Below, one piece after another: positions 56,400 to 64,000 of a DNA stretch of 64,000 bases (position 1 is the stretch's first letter; each line of letters begins with the position of its first letter). The stretch covers positions 48,176,001 to 48,240,000 of the forward strand of contig NC_087447.1 in assembly GCF_036321535.1 (NCBI RefSeq). The letters are read 5' to 3'. The notes below the pieces were generated by a model. It was not told the origin of the DNA. It saw only the letters and a program-made list of their open reading frames with translations, and made no database searches. The stretch comes from Camelus dromedarius (lineage: Eukaryota). The position numbers were made by a program, and so were the translations under genes.

Positions 56400-57690
56400 A
56401 CAAAACTGAGATATAATTCACATACAATATTCATCCTTCTAAAGTAGAAACTTCAGAAGTTTTTAGTGTATTCACAAAGTTGTGCAACCATCAGCACTAA
56501 TTTCAGAACATTTTCATTACTCCAAAAAAAGAAATTTCATACCCATTAGCAGTTCACTCCCCAAAACCCCAGTCCCAGCAACCATTAATCTACTTTCTAA
56601 CTCTACAAATTTGCCTATTCTCCAGCCCACTTTTTACCAACTATGTGAGTTGTACAGTTCAATATTTCTGTGCTCCAGTTTCATCTATAAAATAAGTGTA
56701 ATAATAATTCCTATATCACAGAGTAGTTGTTAAAGAGGCTAGTATGCTTGGACATGCTCAGTAATCATAAACAATTATTAGAAAGCATTTTAGAAGACAG
56801 TTCTCTTTGTAATAATCTAAGATTTCAATGGAAGAATGAAGATAATCTACAATCTAGCTATCCCCTAACTGAAATAAATGCTGGACCATAAAGCAAGTCT
56901 CAACAAATTTCAAAGATATGAAGTCATACAGAATATGTTTTCTGCCCTCAGTGAAAATGAATAAGAAATTTATAACCAAAGACACCTAGAAAGTCCCAGA
57001 ATATTTGGAATTAAAGTAATATACTTCAAACCCATGGATTCTTGGAGAAATCACAATGGAAATTTTAAAATAACCTGACCAAAATGATAATGAAAATACT
57101 GTAACATATGGTATGCACTATTCGTAATAGCCAAAAAGCAGAAACAAGTCAAATGTCTATCAACACATAGATGAATAAACAAAATGTGATATGCCCATAC
57201 AATGGAATAGTATTCAGCCACAAAAAGGAATGAAAAACTCACATATGCCACAACAAACATGAATCTTGAAGACACTATGCTAAATAAAAGAAACCAGTCA
57301 CAAAAGGCCACATATAATTCCATTTATGTGAATTGTCTAGAACAAGCAAATATATAGAGACAGAAAATAGGTTAGTGGCTGCTTAAGGACTGGGGGGTTA
57401 GGTGAATTGGGTGATGATGCCCAATGGATGCAATGATTGTTTTGAAGGTGATGAAAATTACCTAAAATTGACAGTAGTGTGGCAATTGTACAACTCTGTG
57501 AATACAGTAAAAACTACTAAATTGTACACTTTAAATGGGTGAATTATATGGTATGTGATTTTTATCTCTAAGTTGTTATTAAAACTGTATGGTGGTCGCT
57601 GTTGTATAATGTGAATATATTTAATGCCACTGAAATTAGAAATAGTTAAAAAGGTAAATTTTGTTATATATATTTTACCACATTAAAAAA
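56400..57690. mobile_element. L1 and MIR fragments
   Basis: Antisense L1 3' end (56400-56620) inside a MIR-like sequence. Sense L1 pieces at 56880-57690 (aatggaatagtattcagcc; attgtacactttaaatgggtgaatt). Confidence 0.72.
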
Positions 57691-59999
57691 CATCTCACTA
57701 GTAAAAAAAATGAAGATTTTTTAAAAATTTAATATTGGAACACCAAAGATAAGTAAAAGGAAAGCTGAAGGGGGGGAGCTGATTATTAAAGATTATAGTA
57801 ACTAATTTTTGAGCTTCCAGAAGACCAAGGTATACTAATTTAGGAGATAATTTCTCTAAATGGTAATTCCTCACATAATATACTCTTCAAGAATACTTAG
57901 GATTCAAAGAATATAAGACTGATGTTTGCATAAAAAGAGAAGTCTCAATTATTCTACACCATATATAAATGAAAATTTGTGAACTACTTCATAAGTCTTG
58001 GTCATTTATACTGGCCAGATAATACTGAAACAGACAACTAAATATTTTTATTTTCTAACTTTTCTCCACAAAAATAAGCCACTATAAAAGATGAATAGGC
58101 TATGATAAAAGCAGTAGCTTAAATCAGATGTTATAATTTTAGTCACAGAACTAAGCATAAAAACAAAACAAACAACAACACTATCTGTAGTCACTATTCC
58201 ATCATGGTAACAAAGACAACTAAGGTACCCAGGGACCACAGCAAAAAAAGCTCAGCTGCAAGTAAAACTCACTGCAATATCATAGCCAAGACATCTTCCC
58301 TAGGTGATGTAATTCTATAGCAAAACAGAAAATCAATTTAACAAAGCTAACACTACTCCAATGTAGCTAGCCTAGGCAACAACACTTAAGTTAAATAAAG
58401 CTAATAGCCTTTCTCTAAAGACATAAACTGAATAAAGATTTTGTTTTTCCTAAAGTTACAAAAAAGAGAGAGACTTACAACTACACTTGTACAACCACAT
58501 TCAAAAACGGGGAGAATGAGTTTTGTTGTACAGAATATTTGTTGAAATAAGTAATTTCATATCTATGGCTCAAAAGTTGTTTTTAATAAAGATGCTTTAT
58601 TTCTTTAAAACAATATTTATGTGAAGGGCATTAGATCTATGATATGAGTTTCCAGGATGATGAAATGGAGAAATCTAAGTGAAACCAAAAAATATTTCAC
58701 TACAAAAGGGATGAAGACAGAAAAGATAATCACACAAAGGTAAAGTCCCATTGGCTTTACCTTTGGTTAGAGTAGCCACTTTTACCAAAGATGAATAAAA
58801 AGTAAATAATTTAATGCTTGGATGGCTACTATTTCTCACTTCAGTTCAAAACTATCAAGTGCTAGGGAACAAGGAGGTTGGAGGATGAGAATGAAAAACA
58901 AATATGAGTAAAGCCCTGACCACAAAGGAGTTTACAATCCACTGAAAGAGGCAAACATGCACACATAAAATAAATTAAAGAGAAGAAACCACTGTGCAAA
59001 GAAAGTGTCCATCCTCTATACTGCCAAAGATACCTTTCATCAATTTGTAAAACATTCCAAGGCTCCTCCGTATCCATAAGATAAAGATCCCTCCTTAGCA
59101 GGCATTCAAACTTGAGCTCAGCTTCTAGTTTCGTCTCCTACCTTTGCAAAACATAAATGTCATCTGACAATGATGGAAGGCTATTAGTTATTCTTCAAAT
59201 ATAACATGCTCCTTGGAGCATCTGAGCTTTTGCTCATGTAACCTAATTTTGTGGAACTTTTCTTTTCTGGTTACATTATGAACTTACGAATTCAATATCA
59301 GATATGGTTCTGCCTGAAGGAAAGAAAAATTAAATTACCTTTCAAAATTACTTCCAGCCTAAGATTGTATTTCTACAAGTATTTTAGAAGGCGGCAGGGA
59401 TTTGTTTTATTCCTACAACAAAGTCAACATCCATCTATGAATGTATCTTAAGGATAAAAGGATAAGTTAGAAATAATCTGTACCCTCAAATAACAGTCTA
59501 GTGGTAAGTTCAAAATAAGTACTAGCATAAGACTCAATTTACCAGCATTAACTTTACTCAAAAATTTTTTAAGTCTAAGCATAGAAATTTAAGGTAAGGA
59601 AAAGCATGATCCACTTTTTCTTATGGGGAAAAATAAGGAAAAATGGCAATGTAAGAAATACTTTATCTCAAATTATCTTGTTCATGTATTTATTTACTAG
59701 TTTACCTCTCCCAACTTACAAATGGTAAGCTGTGGAACAGGAACCTCATTTATCTTGTTCATGGCTATACTCAGTTTTGATCCCTGCCTGGCACTGAATG
59801 AATTAATCAATGAAAGAAACCACTATGTGGATAGCATTCACTAAGGTAGTCTAGAGTCTGCATTCTTGGAAAAATGAAAGTCAGTATAGCTCATAGAGAC
59901 ATACCTATAATAAAATTCGGTAAACTGAGGTTTTAAAACCAGAAGGCCAAATTTACTAATTAATGGTAAGAAGCAACTTTCTTAAGGATGAAAATATTT

Positions 60000-62954
60000 A
60001 AGTTAATATGACTAGTAAATTCTCTCACTCAAGATGGACACTTATAATTTGTATGCTTTTCTATATATTATATACATCAGTAAAAAGTTTTCCTTGTCAA
60101 AAAAACACCTAATCATTATCTGAAATAACATCATATTATGGGGTTTTACACACACATACACACTTAAAATATACACAGAAAGTCAAGTCAGAGGAAGAGT
60201 GGTTAAGTAGAGCCCAAGGTCCCTGCACTGTCCAGAAGGGTAAAAGAATCAATTAACTGTAGACTTTTATAAGTCATGGCTACATGCCACAACTTCTAGG
60301 GTAATCGCTAAATAAAAGGAAAAAAATGTGTAACTTCCCAATAAAGAATATGGAATGATTTTCTAAAAGACTACAAATTCAAATAAAAAAAGAAGAGAAA
60401 AAGAAACACTCAGGACAAAAAGAAAGCACATGAAGAAGATGGTAGATTCATTTTAAATCTAAATATATAATTGCACTAAATATAATTAGTAAATGTACTA
60501 ATGTTCCAATTTTAAAAACAATTATCAGACTGAACAAACACAAAACCTAATGAGTTGACTACTAAGACACATCTAAAACCTAAGAATACAAAAACGTTGG
60601 AAGTAAAAAGATAGAAAAAACACATACTATGAAAACATTAGCCAAAAGAAAGATGGTATGCCTATACCAACATCAAAGTAAATTTTAGGGCAAAAAGCAT
60701 TACTAGAAACCAAGTGGAACACTTTGTGACGATAAAAGATTCAAGTCATCAAGAACATGTAACAATTCTAAATTTGTACACATCTAATTATCAAGTCTCA
60801 AAAACACATAAGATAAAAATGGAAGAACTACAAAAATAAATATACAGAGCCACAATCACCAAGGAAGACTTGAACATATCTCTTTCAGTAACAGAATAGA
60901 TGAAAATTCAGTAAGGACACAGAATATTTGAACCACTTGAAGAAAACTGACCTACTGATCATAGATAGAATTCTGCACCTAACAAACTCACATTCTTTCC
61001 AGGCAAACAGGGAATATTCATTAAAACTGACAAAACAAGATAGTAAGTCTCAAGAAAATTAAAAACACTGAAAATATATTCTCTGACCACAGTACAATTA
61101 AAATAGAAATCAAAAACATACAGGAAACTAGAAAATCCCCGAGTGTTTGGAAATAATATACTTCTAAATAACCAATGGGTCAAAGGAGAAATCACAATAG
61201 AAATTAGAAAGCATTTTGTACTGAATAACAAAAATACTGCATATCGAATCTCCAAAATACCACTAAAGTAGTACTTAAACGGAAATGTACACAATTACAC
61301 AGACACACGCTCTTATGTGCAACAAATATTAGCAGGGGAAAAAAAAAGTAAAAATGAGCTATATATCTCTCTCAAGAAGTTGGAAAAGACTAGCCAAATA
61401 AATCAAACTGTAAGAAAGGAAATAAAGAGCGGAAATTAATAGATAGAAAACATACAACTAAGAGTCAACAACACTGGGTTCAAGCGAAGGCTAGAGTACA
61501 AACACTATTAAAAACAAGGAAACTAAATTCACAAACTCTATGCTATCTTCAAACCCTGTCTCCATTCAGCACTAAGAAAGCTGGCAATGACATCCTCTCT
61601 ATCAGAACACTAGGTAACTCTTCTTCAGGAAATCTTTCTGGCAAAAAGACAAAAGAGCTAACATCAGAGACTTCCCCCAGTCAGACCGTCCTATAGCGAA
61701 GCTCAATAAACCACATAAGAGCTTAAAATCAAATTTTTAGTGTTCAATTCTTAAACAGAAGCAGATATCCAAGTATTACTAGTTCTTTGAGGACCACATC
61801 AAATAAGAAATAGAGAAACTAAAATAAACAGAAGTGAAAAGCAATTTACAAAAAAAACAAAGTATTCAGAAGAAAGCCATATATCTCATTAATATCCTCA
61901 AAATGACAAGAGAATATAGGGAATCAAAAAGATACTACACACAGGAACAATCAGAAAACAAAGAGTTCTTTAAAATGAAAATGATAGCAGAAATAAAACA
62001 TCACAGGATAAAAGAAAGTTGAGAAAATCTTATGAGAATTAAAACAGAAACAAGGAAATGAAAAAGGGGCAAAACAAGATAAAATTAGAGGATCAATCCA
62101 GGAAGTCTAATATGAATTTCAGAGAGAAATGAAAATGAGTATCATACTAGTTAAGTCAAGAAATTTTCCTGAAACTAAACAACATAACTTTCCCGTTTGA
62201 AAGGATTTATACCTATTACTCAGCATATAAAATGAAAATAAACACATCATTATGAAAGATCAAAGACCAGGAGTCATAATGGCAACATTAAACTCTACAA
62301 GGTAATATACTAATGCCTTCAAATTTCTGAAGGAAGAATATATTCAACCTAGAATTCTAAACCCTACCAAACTTCCAGTGTAAGCATTGTACAAATACAT
62401 TTTCAGACATACAAGGTATCAAAAAACTTTCTACCACATTCTCTTTACTAGGAAACTACCTACTGGTGGATATGTCAAACATAATGACGGAGTAAATAAC
62501 AAAGAAGAAAAAATGTAATCTGAGAAACAAAGGATCCATCCAACACAGGAGAGAAGGAAATCCTCAAAATAAGGGCAAAGAAGATCCCAGGTTGACAGCT
62601 ATACACCAATCATGGTAGGTAACTAGTATAAATTAGAATAGGTCACACGGTTCTGGGGGAGACGTCCCAGACCTGATGCATTCAAATATACTGAGAGGTG
62701 ATCTACACTGTTGGTACAGAGTTTGGGGATAAATTAACAATAAGCATATAAATTAAACAAAAGGAAAAAGTAAGTCAAATAGTGACACAAAGGAAAACAA
62801 AAAAATATGCAACAGAGTACAAGTAATCAGTATTTGACCCAGCTCAGCTGTGAATACCATTTATCAAATAACAGTAACATAAAGATTAAATATTGATCTA
62901 AGCAAAATGTATGATATATACATTTTGATATATAAATATATATATTTAGAGGAG

Positions 62955-63010
<56 letters not shown>

Positions 63011-63900
63011 TTAGAGGATGGGGGAAAACAACACTGCCAGGCTAGTACTGCAACATCAGAAATGAAAATAATTTAGAAAGGTTAAATAAACTGTCCAAGA
63101 TCACACTATAAACACTGAGGTCAAGATTAGAACTAAAATCTGATCGTCTCTAGAACTGTGTTTATCACCTATATATTGCCTCCCCAAGAAAAAAAACGCT
63201 TAACTCTACAGTATAGGAACAGATTTGAGAATTTCCAAATAAGGAAGTTTGATATTTAAAATTACAAAATATGTTCTCCTGGAGATTTCCAAGAATAGAA
63301 TGAAGTAACTTAAGAGTGGTCCAGTTTAACTGTCAAAGACAAGAACAGCCTAAGGAGACCTAACAACTAAATCAAATGTAGTATCCTCAAACAGAAAAAA
63401 TAAATTAGAAAAAAACTAAAGAAATCTAAATAAAATATACATTTTGGTCAATAATGTATGAATACTGGAACACTGTGAAAAATGTACATGCGAGATGTTA
63501 CAGAAGAAACAGTATAGAGTACATAGGAATTCTGTATTATCTTTGCAACTTTTCTGTAAATCTGAAACTATTCTAAATAAAAAAAATTATTTAAAAACAA
63601 AAAATAGAATGGGAAAGTGCTCTAAGTACTAATGTGAAAATATCTCTAGGATATATTGTTAAATGAAGAAAAGCAAGGTGCAGAATAAAGTCTGATATGT
63701 GTAAGAGAGAGTAAAGAATTATGTTCATATCTGCTTGTGTCCGCATAAAGAAATCCCAGATTGTACAAAAGAAAATAATATATATATAATAACTAATGGA
63801 GGAGGGGATAGGGAATGAGGTCACAGGAACATGGGTGGTAAGTTGTCTAAGAGTATGTCTCTTAATATAATTTTGATTTGTGAAATGTGATTGTATTAAC
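60000..63900 (+). mobile_element. Old L1 fragments (ORF2 5' part, ORF1-like part, 3' UTR pieces)
   Basis: A-rich L1 motifs (attctctgaccacag; cttctaaataaccaatgggtcaaagga; tcaacctagaattcta). No intact ORF. Confidence 0.7.
62957..63005 (+). repeat. (CA)~24 microsatellite
   Basis: Uninterrupted AC repeat. Confidence 0.95.
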
Positions 63901-64000
63901 TGTTAAAAATAAAAGTTAGGAGAAAAAGTAGTTCAGTTAAAAGCCCTAAGAGAAATATATTAAATGACTTCTCAAAGTCTTCTCCAACTATGAAATGCTC

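Larger units (their letters stand above)
51760..64000 (-). other. RAB6A: Part of RAB6A intron 1 (exon 1 outside the window)
   Basis: No N-terminal Rab6 exon or CpG island seen. Repeat-rich. Confidence 0.8.

Overview
Mammalian genomic DNA, very probably a camelid, judged from seven copies of a tRNA-derived SINE of the camelid vic-1 type. The window holds two convergent genes. On + are the last two coding exons and 3' UTR of PLEKHB1 (1482-~3485). On - are exons 2-8 and the 3' UTR of RAB6A (~23070-51759); exon 1 lies beyond the right edge. RAB6A shows two tandem 106-nt mutually exclusive exon-4 copies (Rab6A' and Rab6A) only 66 nt apart, flanked by RBFOX motifs, and its last intron carries minor-spliceosome (U12) signals. 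The ~19.5-kb gap between the genes is almost all transposon-derived. It includes an 11.2-kb nested stack up to six levels deep (L1 > MLT1A-type MaLR > tRNA-Leu-primed ERV1 > L1 > LTR > LTR), with many target-site duplications (TSDs) still readable. I found no intact mobile-element ORF, RNA gene, CRISPR array or clearly new biological system. Repeat family names come from recalled consensus sequences, and repeat boundaries without TSDs are approximate.
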